A stretch of 55,791 bases of DNA from an uncultured Eubacteriales bacterium. Lineage in GTDB: Bacteria; Bacillota; Clostridia; Oscillospirales; Oscillospiraceae. A model generated the notes under the pieces. The model was not told the origin of the DNA. It did not search any database and was given only the letters and a program-made list of their open reading frames with translations. The stretch spans positions 1 through 55,791 of the forward strand of contig ONGN01000001.1 of assembly GCA_900317385.1 (NCBI GenBank). The letters run 5' to 3'. Below are positions 35,640 through 45,239 of this stretch, piece after piece; position 1 is the first letter of the stretch, and every line of letters begins with the position of its first letter. The position numbers were made by a program, and so were the translations under genes.

Positions 35640-36848
35640 TTATTTCAGCACCACGTTAAAATAGTTCTTTTTTCCCCTTCTGAGGAGGACTCCGGCTCTG
35701 AGCTCTTCTTCGGTAAACGCCTTGTCTATATCGGTCACCTTCTCATCGTTCGCGGTGACTCCGCCCTGCTGGACGTTGCGCCTTGCGTCGCCGCGGGAGG
35801 TGCAGAGCCCGGTCTTAACGAGAAGTGAGAGAAGGTCGCGGGCGTCGTCGGCGCCGATCTCAACGGTGGGCGCGCTGGAGGCGCTGCCGCCGGAGAAGAG
35901 AGCCCTTGCGGAATCCTGGGCCTTCTGCGCCTCCTCCTCGCCGTGTACGAGCTTCGTAAGCTCGAAGGCAAGTATCTCTTTGGCGCGGTTAAGCTCGCTG
36001 CCCTCCCAGCTCTCCATCGTCTTGATCTCCTCGAGCGGAAGGAAGGTCAGCATCTTTATGCACTTCATAACGTCGGCGTCGCCCACGTTCCGCCAGTACT
36101 GGTAGAAGTCGAATGGGCTCGTCTTGTTCGGATCGAGCCATACTGCGTTGCCCGCCGTCTTGCCCATCTTGTTGCCGTTTGAGTCGGTGAGCAGGGTTAT
36201 AGTCATCGCGTGGGCATCCTTGCCGAGCTTCTTGCGGATGAGCTCGGTGCCGCCGAGCATATTCGACCACTGATCGTCGCCGCCGAACTGCATATTGCAG
36301 CCCTCGTGCTGGAAAAGATAGTAGAAGTCGTAGGACTGCATTATCATATAGTTGAACTCGAAGAAGGAAAGGCCCTTCTCCATGCGCTGCTTATAGCACT
36401 CAGCGCGGAGCATATTGTTGACGGAGAAGCAGGCGCCGACCTCGCGCAGAAGGTTTACGTAATTCAGATCAAGGAGCCAGTCCGCGTTGTTGACCATCTT
36501 CGCCTTGCCGGGTCCGAACTCGATGAACTTCTCCATCTGACGGCGGAAGCACTCCGCGTTGTGGTCGATATCCTCGCGGGTGAGCATCTTGCGCATATCG
36601 CTGCGTCCGCTTGGGTCGCCGATCATGGTCGTGCCGCCGCCGATAAGGGCGATGGGCTTATTGCCCGCCTGCTGAAGTCTCTTCATCAGGGTGAGCGCCA
36701 TGAAATGCCCGGCGGTGAGGCTGTCCGCGGTGCAGTCGAAGCCTATATAAAAGGTCGCCTTTCCGGAGTTGACCATCGACCTGATCTCCTCCTCGTTCGT
36801 GACCTGAGCGATAAGTCCTCTTTCCACAAGTTCTTCATAAATGCCCAT
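35640..36848 (-). CDS. tyrS: Tyrosine--tRNA ligase
   Basis: 402 aa, class I, with a HIGH-region variant (TAGHFMAL), KMGKT (KMSKS) and a C-terminal S4-like domain. Confidence 0.97.
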   Translation of the reverse strand: MGIYEELVERGLIAQVTNEEEIRSMVNSGKATFYIGFDCTADSLTAGHFMALTLMKRLQQAGNKPIALIGGGTTMIGDPSGRSDMRKMLTREDIDHNAECFRRQMEKFIEFGPGKAKMVNNADWLLDLNYVNLLREVGACFSVNNMLRAECYKQRMEKGLSFFEFNYMIMQSYDFYYLFQHEGCNMQFGGDDQWSNMLGGTELIRKKLGKDAHAMTITLLTDSNGNKMGKTAGNAVWLDPNKTSPFDFYQYWRNVGDADVMKCIKMLTFLPLEEIKTMESWEGSELNRAKEILAFELTKLVHGEEEAQKAQDSARALFSGGSASSAPTVEIGADDARDLLSLLVKTGLCTSRGDARRNVQQGGVTANDEKVTDIDKAFTEEELRAGVLLRRGKKNYFNVVLK

Positions 36849-36865
36849 TTTAGATACATCCTTTC

Positions 36866-37111
36866 AAATATAAAAGCGCCCCGAGAAATATCTCAGGGCG
36901 CAAAAAATTACGCGGTACCACCTGAGTTTGCGGCAAAGCCGCACACTCTCGGCGCTGTAACGGGCGCTCCCGTAGAGACCTAATCGAAAAGCTCTTTCAG
37001 TCCAAAGCTCCGGAGGGTAATTTCAGCCTCGTCCGCCTCCCCCTTGCACCGACCGGGGTCTCTCTTTGCGCGGGTGCCGAGAGCCTACTGCGCTCCATCT
37101 TCGCCTTTGTC
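36866..37111 (-). promoter_or_regulatory. T-box leader (tyrosine specifier) with terminator/antiterminator
   Basis: - strand elements: AGAGAG and GGTGCAAG stem-I motifs, then a specifier-loop candidate GAAAUUACC (UAC at 37017-37019). The T-box core AACUCAGGUGGUACCGCG lies at 36911-36929. A 10-bp terminator, GCGCCCUGAG-AUAUUU-CUCGGGGCGC followed by UUUUAU, lies at 36866-36901. The 76-aa ORF 36997..37227 sits inside this leader and is not coding. Confidence 0.85.
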
Positions 37112-37117
37112 TTGGAC

Positions 37118-37146
37118 AATATATCAGAGACTTTATTTTTTGTCAA
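37118..37146 (-). promoter_or_regulatory. Sigma-A promoter for the tyrS T-box leader
   Basis: The - strand reads TTGACA (37141-37146), a 17-nt spacer, then TATATT (37118-37123). Confidence 0.6.
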
Positions 37147-37174
37147 CCCCGCCCCGAAAAAAACGCTCTTTTTC

Positions 37175-37203
37175 TTGTATTCCAAATGCCGCGGTGTTAA
37201 AAT
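37175..37203 (+). promoter_or_regulatory. Divergent sigma-A promoter for the deacetylase gene
   Basis: The + strand reads TTGTAT (37175-37180), a 17-nt spacer ending TGT (extended -10), then TAAAAT (37198-37203). Confidence 0.5.
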
Positions 37204-37242
37204 AAATCTATCGTCAAATTTCGACAAAAAGGGTGATTCTTT

Positions 37243-38967
37243 ATGAAACGCGCGGCATCGTTTTTACTCTGTCTGGCTCTTCTCCTTACTCTATTTCCCG
37301 CAGCGGCGTTTGCCGCCGGGGAAACGTCCGGGTCGAAGCTCATCGCTCTCACCTTTGACGACGGCCCCTCTGCTTATACCGAGGAGCTGCTTGACGGGCT
37401 TAAGGCCAGAGGCGCGAGAGTCACCTTCTTCTGCGTGGGCTTCAACATCGTAAAAAGGCCGGAGACAGTTAAGCGGGCTTGGACGGAGGGGCACCAGATA
37501 GCTAATCACACCTGGAATCACCCCGAGCTCACGAGCATAACGAGCGACGCCGTTAAAAGCCAGATATCAAGAGTGGAGGACGCTCTTGACGAGGCTGTCG
37601 GCTTTCACCTCAGCTACATATTCCGCCCGCCCTACGGGTCTTACAGCCAGCGCGTGCTTTCTGCGGCGAACGTACCCGGCATTTACTGGTCGATGAACAC
37701 GGCGGACTACCTTACGAGCAAGGCGGACGTCGTATGCAGTCAGATTGTTAAAGCAGCCCGCGACGGGGCTATCGGCTGCCTGCACGACACGCATTATTCC
37801 ACGGTGAAGGGCGCCCTTATGGCGATAGACAAGCTTCAGAAAGAGGGCTATGAATTCGTTACGATAAACGAGCTCTTTTACCGCAAGGGCCTTACGCTTG
37901 AAAACGCCACGATCTATAAGAACGCTTACAAGGGCAGCGATACCGCCCCCGCGCTCAAGGCGCCTGAGATAACGAGCGTTGAGGACCCCGCGACCGGAAA
38001 GCAGAAGATAACCATCTCCGGCGACGAGCGCGGAAGCGTATATTACACTACCGACGGCTCAGTCCCCTCCCCGATAAACGGAAGGCTTTACACCGGAGCC
38101 TTTATGCTCTCCTCCGACGCCGCCGTCAGAGCTGTCAGCGTCGTAAACTGGAACGGGTTGCGCTCCTATACCTCGGAGCTTAAAGTCGAGGTGACGCCCC
38201 GCGCCGACCTCTTCTCCGCGCCCGACGGCTCAAGGCTCGTGCTGAGCTCGTCGGCTCAGGGGGCAAAGATATACTTCACCGACGACGGGAGTAAGCCGGA
38301 TAGCGAAAGCACTCTGTACGTCTCTCCCATCGAGGGCGTTCCCGGAACGACGTATTCCGCTGTCGCCACGGCGGATAGAATGCGCGACAGCGCCACAGAG
38401 GCGATTACTTATTCGGACAGCGGCTTCTGGATGCGGGACGTGAAACCCGGCGACTGGTACTACGGTGTTATCGACGAAGCCGCTTTCCTCGGAATACTGA
38501 ACGGAACGGGGAACTTCCGCTATCAGCCCGGAAAAAGCACGACTCGCGCCATGGCAATAACTATGCTCTACCGCCTTGCCTCACCGGCTGAGGACTTTGA
38601 GCGCATCGCGCCCGACGACGTCGCCGAAGGAAAATACTATTACGACGCCGTCTCATGGGCTTACTCCGCCGGAATCGAGGACGGAATTGAAAACGGCTTC
38701 CGTCCCAATGAGGATATCACGAAGGAGGAGCTTGCCGTGATGCTCGCAAGGCTTCTCGGCGCTGAAGAGGGCGCGGATACCTCCCTTCTCGCCGAGCATC
38801 CCGATGGAGGCGAGGTCTCTGAATGGGCAGAGCGCGGAGTTGCCGCCTGCCTTGAGCTCGGTATCCTGAGGGGCAACTCCTCCGGAAAGCTCAAGCCGCA
38901 AAAGGGCGCATCCCGCGCGGAAACGGCGGCAATGCTCTTAAGAGCGGCGGAGATAATGAAGGGTTGA
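37243..38967 (+). CDS. Polysaccharide deacetylase (NodB domain) with two chitobiase-C-like modules and a C-terminal SLH anchor
   Basis: Signal peptide, then NodB motifs TFDDGP and HTWNH. Two repeats follow of the type VYYTTDGSVPSP... / KIYFTDDGSKPDS.... Three SLH modules close the protein (TTRAMAITMLYRLA, ITKEELAVMLARLL, ASRAETAAMLLRAAE). Confidence 0.85.
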   Translation: MKRAASFLLCLALLLTLFPAAAFAAGETSGSKLIALTFDDGPSAYTEELLDGLKARGARVTFFCVGFNIVKRPETVKRAWTEGHQIANHTWNHPELTSITSDAVKSQISRVEDALDEAVGFHLSYIFRPPYGSYSQRVLSAANVPGIYWSMNTADYLTSKADVVCSQIVKAARDGAIGCLHDTHYSTVKGALMAIDKLQKEGYEFVTINELFYRKGLTLENATIYKNAYKGSDTAPALKAPEITSVEDPATGKQKITISGDERGSVYYTTDGSVPSPINGRLYTGAFMLSSDAAVRAVSVVNWNGLRSYTSELKVEVTPRADLFSAPDGSRLVLSSSAQGAKIYFTDDGSKPDSESTLYVSPIEGVPGTTYSAVATADRMRDSATEAITYSDSGFWMRDVKPGDWYYGVIDEAAFLGILNGTGNFRYQPGKSTTRAMAITMLYRLASPAEDFERIAPDDVAEGKYYYDAVSWAYSAGIEDGIENGFRPNEDITKEELAVMLARLLGAEEGADTSLLAEHPDGGEVSEWAERGVAACLELGILRGNSSGKLKPQKGASRAETAAMLLRAAEIMKG

Positions 38968-38983
38968 ACTGAATAGCGTAATC

Positions 38984-39022
38984 AAAAAAGTGCTGACGGA
39001 TTTGATGCCGTCAGCACTTTTT
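38984..39022. terminator. Bidirectional terminator between the convergent deacetylase gene and recN
   Basis: 11-bp stem AGTGCTGACGG / CCGTCAGCACT (38989-38999 / 39008-39018) with A-run and T-run flanks. The right arm overlaps the last recN codons. Confidence 0.7.
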
Positions 39023-40699
39023 GTTTTCTTTTTTCCACTTTTCCGCCGCGTCAAGCTGCTCTTCGGCGGCTTTCAGTGTGGTTTCCGTTATTACGTCGCC
39101 GCCCGTAAGTCTCGCGAGCTCAAGCTTTCTGCCCTCGCCGTCAAGCCGCTCCACGCGGGTGTACGTTCTGCCCTCGTTGAGCTCCTTGGAAATCGAGAAG
39201 TGTACGTCCGCCATTGAGGCGATCTGGGGAAGGTGGGTCACGCAGATGACCTGCTTTTTCGCGGCTATGCCGGCAAGCTTTTCGGCGACTCTTCTCGCGG
39301 CTATGCCGGAAACGCCCGTATCAATCTCGTCGAACACCATTGCGTCAACGGGGTCGTTCTCGCTCAGGACGCTCTTCATCGCGAGCATAACGCGGCTTAG
39401 CTCGCCGCCTGAGGCGACCTTGGAAATGCGTCCCGGCGCCTCGCCCGCGTTCGCGCTCATCATAAAGCGCACCTCGTCCCTGCCGTATGGCCCGAGCTCC
39501 CCGCCCGCGCCGAGGCTTACGAAGAATACCGCTCCCTTCATCGAGAGAGCCTGAAGCTCGGCCTCGATCCTATCCGCAAGAGCCTCGCCGACTTTTTTCC
39601 GCTTTTCGGTGAGCGCGGCGGCAAGAGCCTCAGCCTTTTTTCTGAGCTTCTCCGTCTCCGCCTCAAGCTCCTCGCGCCTTGCGTCGGAGTTTTCAATGGT
39701 TTTTAGCTCTTCCTTCGCGTTCTCGAGGAATTCGAGAGCCGCCTCCTCCGAGCCGCCGTACTTTCTCAAGATCCTTTTCAGGGTATCGAGCCTGTCGTCA
39801 AGCTCGTCGAGCTCCTCGGGTGAAAAGTCGAGCCCGTCCTTCATATCGCGCAGCTCGTAGGCCGCGTCCTCGCAGGAAAATTTCAGGTCTCTGAGCTTAT
39901 CTCTCAGGGCTGAAAACCCGTCCGAATATTTAAGCGCGTACTCTACCCCGCCGAGCGCCGCCTCGATAAGGCTCAGAGCTCCGTCGCTCCGCTCCCCGCC
40001 GAGCATGGCGGCGGCGGCGTCCGATATCGCGGCGGTTAGCTTTCCGGAGTTTTTGAGGAGCGTTCTTCTCGCGCTCTTCTCATCAAATTCCCCCGGCTTT
40101 AAATCCGCGCGCTCGAGCTCGTTTATCTGATAGGTCAGCATATCGAGCCTTCTCGCCTTCTCCGCCTCGTCCACGTTGAGCTCCTCAAGCTCGGATAGAG
40201 CCGCCCGGTATTTTGAGTATGCCCCGCGGTAAGCCTCGAGCTCTGCGGAAAGGCCCCCGAAGGCATCGAGGTATTCCCTGTGATATCTCTCGTCCGTCAG
40301 CCTCTGTCCGTCGCCCTGGCCGTGGATATCCATAAGCTGAAGGCCGAGCCTTCGCACCGAAGCAGCAGGAACTGGCACACCGTTCACGCGGCAGGTGGAC
40401 TTTCCGTCCTCCGTTATGCGGCGGGTGAGTATGACTTCCCCGTCCTCAGCCTCAATGTCAAGCTCGCGAAGAATTTCATCAAGCCCGTCTGCGGAGAAAG
40501 CGGCGGTGACTCTCGCGCTCTTGGCTCCCGTTCTGACGAGCTGAGCGCTCGTTCTCCAGCCGAGAGCGGCCTCGAGCGAATCTATAACGATGGATTTTCC
40601 CGCTCCGGTCTCGCCCGTCAGCACGTTGAGTCCCTCGGAAAACTCGATCTCCGCCTTTTCGATAACGGCAATATTTTCAATATTCAGCGTGCGGAGCAT
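39011..40699 (-). CDS. recN: DNA repair protein RecN
   Basis: 562 aa with Walker A GETGAGKS, a long coiled coil and the signature SGGELSR. Confidence 0.95.
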   Translation of the reverse strand: MLRTLNIENIAVIEKAEIEFSEGLNVLTGETGAGKSIVIDSLEAALGWRTSAQLVRTGAKSARVTAAFSADGLDEILRELDIEAEDGEVILTRRITEDGKSTCRVNGVPVPAASVRRLGLQLMDIHGQGDGQRLTDERYHREYLDAFGGLSAELEAYRGAYSKYRAALSELEELNVDEAEKARRLDMLTYQINELERADLKPGEFDEKSARRTLLKNSGKLTAAISDAAAAMLGGERSDGALSLIEAALGGVEYALKYSDGFSALRDKLRDLKFSCEDAAYELRDMKDGLDFSPEELDELDDRLDTLKRILRKYGGSEEAALEFLENAKEELKTIENSDARREELEAETEKLRKKAEALAAALTEKRKKVGEALADRIEAELQALSMKGAVFFVSLGAGGELGPYGRDEVRFMMSANAGEAPGRISKVASGGELSRVMLAMKSVLSENDPVDAMVFDEIDTGVSGIAARRVAEKLAGIAAKKQVICVTHLPQIASMADVHFSISKELNEGRTYTRVERLDGEGRKLELARLTGGDVITETTLKAAEEQLDAAEKWKKENKKC

Positions 40700-40727
40700 A
40701 AACTACACCTCATTCCGGCGGAGCCGT

Positions 40728-41177
40728 TTACATATTCTCCTCTATCATACGGCAGAGCTTTTTCGCGCTCTCCCTCGACATCATTGCGATAAACGCCGTA
40801 TCGTCGCCCGCTATCGTCCCGGCCATATCCTCGATATCCATCTTGTCTATGGCGCTGCAGGCGGCGGAGGCAAGGCCGGGCAGGGTTTTTATAACGACGA
40901 TGTTCTCCGCGCAGACGCAGCTCGTCAGGCTTTCTCTGAATATCGTGCGGAGCTTTTCGCTGTTGTTCGGCACGTCCGCAACGGGCGACGCGTAACGGTA
41001 GGAACCCGAGCCCGTGAGCTCCTTATACAGCCTCAGCTCCTTGATATCCCTTGACACCGTGGCCTGAGTGCTCTTTACACCGCGCTCGTTCAGCTCCCTG
41101 ATAAGGTCGAACTGAGTCTCTATATCCTTCTGGGCGATAATATCAAGTATCGCCCTCTGTCTTATTTCTTTGATCAT
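40728..41177 (-). CDS. argR: Arginine repressor
   Basis: 149 aa with a winged-helix N-terminus (TQATVSRDIKEL) and the C-terminal oligomerisation motif GTIAGDDT. Confidence 0.93.
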   Translation of the reverse strand: MIKEIRQRAILDIIAQKDIETQFDLIRELNERGVKSTQATVSRDIKELRLYKELTGSGSYRYASPVADVPNNSEKLRTIFRESLTSCVCAENIVVIKTLPGLASAACSAIDKMDIEDMAGTIAGDDTAFIAMMSRESAKKLCRMIEENM

Positions 41178-41992
41178 CGTCTTTCTCCCAGCTTTTCACT
41201 TACTCTTTCGTAGAAGCTCTTATCGGTAAGCCTGATGAGCCTCACGACCCGCTCCGAACGGGAAACCGTAATTTTATCTCCGCTCTCGAGCCGAAGCGGC
41301 TCGGAGCCGTCGGTCGAAACGTAGGCGATCTTTCTTTTGAGCTCGCCAATCTCGGCGGTGACCACCCTCGACGCGTTCAGCACGTAGGCCTTCGCCCACA
41401 GGGCGTGAGGGCAGATCGGAGTTACGAGTATGCACTCGCCGTCCGGCTCGACGAGGGGCCCGCCCGCAGATAACGAGTATGCCGTAGACCCCGTAGGCGT
41501 GGCGAATATTATACCGTCGCCCGAAAAGTCGAGCATCCTGCGCCCGTCGCCGAATACGGAGATCGTTATAACTCTCGCCATTCCGGCAACTGTCACGTCG
41601 TTTAAGGCGCAGTCTGAAAAGACCGTCTCACCGTTTCTTGAAACCGAGACGTCGAGCATCATCCGCTTTTCGATCGCGAATTCGCCCGCGACCATTTTTT
41701 CGATAAGGTCGAGTCCGTCCTTCTCAAGCTCAGCCATAAAGCCCTTGTTCCCCAGGTTTATTCCGAGGATAGGCACGGAGTACTGGGAAGCGGCTCTCGC
41801 GGCGTGAAGTATCGTCCCGTCGCCGCCGAAGGTAACGACAGCCTCCGCCCCCCTAAGCACCTCACCTGAGAGCTCGTCGAGGTGGCAGACGGCCGGAGAT
41901 ACTCCGAGCCCGTGGAGCAGGCTTTTGACCTTGCCCGTGACCGCAAGTCCCGGGTCTCTTTTCTCATTCGGGCACAAAACAACGTTCTTCAT
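41174..41992 (-). CDS. nadK: NAD+ kinase
   Basis: GGDGT motif, the NLGNKGF (NxGxxGF) context and PTGSTAYSLSAGGP. Confidence 0.93.
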   Translation of the reverse strand: MKNVVLCPNEKRDPGLAVTGKVKSLLHGLGVSPAVCHLDELSGEVLRGAEAVVTFGGDGTILHAARAASQYSVPILGINLGNKGFMAELEKDGLDLIEKMVAGEFAIEKRMMLDVSVSRNGETVFSDCALNDVTVAGMARVITISVFGDGRRMLDFSGDGIIFATPTGSTAYSLSAGGPLVEPDGECILVTPICPHALWAKAYVLNASRVVTAEIGELKRKIAYVSTDGSEPLRLESGDKITVSRSERVVRLIRLTDKSFYERVSEKLGERR

Positions 41993-42792
41993 ACCGTTTT
42001 CAACCTCTCGTGCGCCTCGTTTACAACGGCTTCGATATCTATTTCCTCAGAGCTTTTCCCATCGAGCTTAAGGTGAGCCAGAAACTCGATGTTGCCCTCC
42101 GGCCCCTTTATGGGCGACCAGGTCACGCCCTTAACCGAGAAGCCGGAGCTCTCCGCGTTTTTTATAAACGCTCTTATGACCTCGATATGCGTCTCACTCT
42201 CCCGAACGACGCCCTTTTTTCCGACCTTCTCGCGCCCGGCCTCAAACTGCGGCTTTATGAGCGAATAGACGTCCGCGTCCGGCGTCAGCACGGTTGAGAG
42301 GGCGGGGAAAATAAGCGCGGTGGAAATAAAAGAGACGTCTATCGTGCCGAGCGACGGTGCCTCGGGGAACATATCGGGGGTTATATATCTGACGTTCGTG
42401 CGCTCCATAACGGTGACTCTCTCGTCGTTTCTGAGGCTCCAGGCAAGCTGCCCGTACCCCACGTCGACGGAGTAAACGCGGCGCGCGCCGCGCTGGAGCA
42501 TAACGTCGGTAAACCCGCCCGTTGACGCGCCGCAGTCTATGCACACTCTGCCGGAGGGATCTCCCGAGAAGAAGTCGAGCGCCCGCTCGAGCTTGAGCCC
42601 GCCGCGGCTCACGTATTTCAGCGTTCCGCCCCGCACTTCAATGGAGGCGTCCTCATCGAACGAGGCTCCGGCCTTGTCCGCCCTCTGCCCGTTTACGAAT
42701 ACCTCGCCGGACATAATAACGGCCTTCGCCCTCTCCCTTGAGTCGAAAAAGCCCTTTTCGGTCAGCAAAACGTCAAGCCTTTTTTTCGTCAT
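41989..42792 (-). CDS. tlyA: TlyA-family rRNA (cytidine-2'-O)-methyltransferase
   Basis: S4 domain (RLDVLLTEKGFFDSRERAKAVIMSG) plus an FtsJ-type SAM site GASTGGFTD. The ORF opens at 42861, but ATG 42792 has AGAGG upstream. It overlaps the dxs stop by 20 nt. Confidence 0.9.
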   Translation of the reverse strand: MTKKRLDVLLTEKGFFDSRERAKAVIMSGEVFVNGQRADKAGASFDEDASIEVRGGTLKYVSRGGLKLERALDFFSGDPSGRVCIDCGASTGGFTDVMLQRGARRVYSVDVGYGQLAWSLRNDERVTVMERTNVRYITPDMFPEAPSLGTIDVSFISTALIFPALSTVLTPDADVYSLIKPQFEAGREKVGKKGVVRESETHIEVIRAFIKNAESSGFSVKGVTWSPIKGPEGNIEFLAHLKLDGKSSEEIDIEAVVNEAHERLKTV

Positions 42793-44659
42793 CTTTACCT
42801 CTGTTCTTGACCCTGTCGGGCAGGGAATCGTAAATATCCTTCTCAATGCTCCCCGCGTCAAGGCGGTACTCCTCGCGCAGGCGCTTAAGCGCCCCGTGAG
42901 TTACGTAGTTATCGCCGAGGTTGCGGAGAATAAGCATTCTCGGGCTCATGCTCGCCTCGGTAAGCCTCGCGGCCAGCTCCATACCGACGCAGCCGGGGAA
43001 GACGCACTCCTCCACGACCATAAGCCTGCCCGTCTTCCTTACGGAAGAGAACACGGCGTCAAAATCTATCGGCTTTATCGTTCCGAGCTTCAGAACGTCA
43101 GCCGTTATGCCCTTCTCCCTCAGCGCGTCCGCGGCGGCGAGCACGTCGTTCACCGTCTCCCCGTAGGTCACGATGGTGAAATCCTCGCCCTCGCGGAGAA
43201 GCCTTGAGGCGTCAGTGCCTCCGTCCTTATAAGCGCCCTCTCCGCCCCTCGGATAGCGGACGGCAACTGGGCCGCGCATCTCGTTTACGGCGTGGGAGAG
43301 CATATCGCGGAGCTCCTGAAAGCTCGCGGGGGAATAGACCGTCATACCCGGAACGCTGCGAAGATAGCTCACGTCAAAGATGCCCTGATGCGTCTTGCCG
43401 TCCTCGCCGACGATCCCTGCTCTGTCCACGGCTAAAACCACGTGCTCGCCGAGTATGCCGATATCGTGCAGGAGCATATCGTAGCCCCTCTGCATAAAGG
43501 TCGAGTAGATGGCGACGACGGGAGTTTCGCCCTGCTGCGCCATTCCCGCCGCCATGCTGAGAGCGTGCTCCTCGCAAATCCCCACGTCGTAAAACCTCGA
43601 CGGGTATTTCTTTGAAAACTCAACGAGGCCGGTGCCGGGAGTCATCGCCGCCGTTATCGCGCAAAGCTTTTTGTTATTCTCCCCCAGCTTTACCATCTCT
43701 TCGCCGAACACCGACGAGAACGAGGGATCATTGTCCTCCTTGACCCCTGTGGCCGGGTCGAACTTGCCGACGCCGTGATAGAGATAGGGATTTTCCTCAG
43801 CCTTCTGATAGCCCTTGCCCTTCTTCGTAATGGCGTGGACGACCGTGGGACAGCCGAGGTCGCGCGCAAGCTCGAGAACGTTCACAAGCTCGGGTATATC
43901 GTGTCCGTCGACCGGACCGAGGTAGGTGAAGCCCAGATCCTCGAACATCTCGCATTTCAGTATCCTGCGCTTCAGCGATTCCTTCAGCTTATGGTTGAAG
44001 CGGTACACGAACTTGCCGCCCGGCAGGACGTTCATCACCTTGCGGTAGAATTTTTTGAATTTTCTGTATCCCCTTCTCAGGCGGAGGCGGCTTAGGTACT
44101 TTGCCATACCGCCCACGTTTCTGTCGATGCTTATACCGTTGTCGTTTAAGATAACGATGAGCGGCTCGCGGCTCACTCCGGCGTCGCACAGGCCCTCGTA
44201 GCTGAGACCGCCCGTCATAGCCCCGTCGCCGACGAGGGCGATAACGGAATAGTTTTCCCCGTCCATCGTTCTCGCTCTCGCCATACCGAGAGCTTCGGAT
44301 ACGGCCGCCGAAGCGTGACCCGCTATAAAAGCGTCGTGTACGCTCTCTGATGGCTTCGGAAAGCCGGAAAGCCCACCGTACTGCCGCAGGGTATCGAAGT
44401 CCCCGCGCCTTCCGGTGAGCAGCTTATGGGTATAGCTCTGATGTCCGACGTCGAAGACAAGTCTGTCTCTCGATGTGTCGAACACCCTGTGTATCGCTAT
44501 CGTGAGCTCCACCGCGCCGAGATTTGCCGACAGGTGGCCGCCCGTTTTGGAGACCGCTTTTACTAAGTATTCCCTCAGCTCGGCGGCTAACTTTTCAAGC
44601 TCCTCCTCCGGCAGGTCCTTAACGTCCCAGGGGGAGCGGATATTGTCAAGTAGACTCAT
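42773..44659 (-). CDS. dxs: 1-deoxy-D-xylulose-5-phosphate synthase
   Basis: 628 aa with GHQSYTHK, the TPP motif GDGAMTGG and a transketolase-like C-terminus. Confidence 0.97.
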   Translation of the reverse strand: MSLLDNIRSPWDVKDLPEEELEKLAAELREYLVKAVSKTGGHLSANLGAVELTIAIHRVFDTSRDRLVFDVGHQSYTHKLLTGRRGDFDTLRQYGGLSGFPKPSESVHDAFIAGHASAAVSEALGMARARTMDGENYSVIALVGDGAMTGGLSYEGLCDAGVSREPLIVILNDNGISIDRNVGGMAKYLSRLRLRRGYRKFKKFYRKVMNVLPGGKFVYRFNHKLKESLKRRILKCEMFEDLGFTYLGPVDGHDIPELVNVLELARDLGCPTVVHAITKKGKGYQKAEENPYLYHGVGKFDPATGVKEDNDPSFSSVFGEEMVKLGENNKKLCAITAAMTPGTGLVEFSKKYPSRFYDVGICEEHALSMAAGMAQQGETPVVAIYSTFMQRGYDMLLHDIGILGEHVVLAVDRAGIVGEDGKTHQGIFDVSYLRSVPGMTVYSPASFQELRDMLSHAVNEMRGPVAVRYPRGGEGAYKDGGTDASRLLREGEDFTIVTYGETVNDVLAAADALREKGITADVLKLGTIKPIDFDAVFSSVRKTGRLMVVEECVFPGCVGMELAARLTEASMSPRMLILRNLGDNYVTHGALKRLREEYRLDAGSIEKDIYDSLPDRVKNRGKDDEKKA

Positions 44660-45225
44660 TTTTCGACCTTGTTTCTGTTTTTTCTGTTATTTCCGGACTT
44701 TGCCGGATGAAAGACCGAGATGATCTTTCCCGCGATTAGAACGATTTTGGTATCCGAATTAATCGCCGCGGTTTTGCCCAGCGCCTTGCCGCCGATCGTA
44801 AGCCCGGCTACGAGCCCCGTCACGGCGAGCTGGGTGAGCACGCCGGAAACGGTCAGATCGCGCGTCAGGTTCCCGGCAATTACCGCAGCGGTCGCGCCCG
44901 AGACTATGCCCGATATATCGCCCACTACATCGTTGCAGATGCTTGAGACCTTCTCCGAGCTTTTCACGAGGTTTAATGCCTCGCGGGCGCCCTTCTCCTT
45001 ATGCGAAGCCATCGAATGAAACGGCGCCTCCCTCGCGCTCGTCACGGCGACCCCAAGCATATCGAAAACGATGCCGAGGAGGATGAAGACGGCGAGCAGG
45101 AGAAACGCGATAATATACCCCGCCCCGTCAAGTATCTCGGACGAGACGAGGGAAAAGGTCATCGAGGTCACGATGCTTATAATGGTTATCGAGATTATCC
45201 AGCGGAAATTCGTTTTATGCTTCAT
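44656..45225 (-). CDS. oapA: Four-TM membrane protein in the OLE-associated protein A position
   Basis: 189 aa with four predicted TM segments, an in-membrane NDVVGD (DxxxD) motif and a basic C-terminal tail KSGNNRKNRNKVEK. It lies directly downstream of the large structured RNA and overlaps the dxs start (ATGA). Assignment rests on context plus topology. Confidence 0.7.
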   Translation of the reverse strand: MKHKTNFRWIISITIISIVTSMTFSLVSSEILDGAGYIIAFLLLAVFILLGIVFDMLGVAVTSAREAPFHSMASHKEKGAREALNLVKSSEKVSSICNDVVGDISGIVSGATAAVIAGNLTRDLTVSGVLTQLAVTGLVAGLTIGGKALGKTAAINSDTKIVLIAGKIISVFHPAKSGNNRKNRNKVEK

Positions 45226-45239
45226 ATTTACCCTTCTGA

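Noticed and set aside
36997-37227. 76-aa - strand ORF upstream of tyrS
   Set aside because: It lies entirely within the T-box leader and its promoter, with no RBS.
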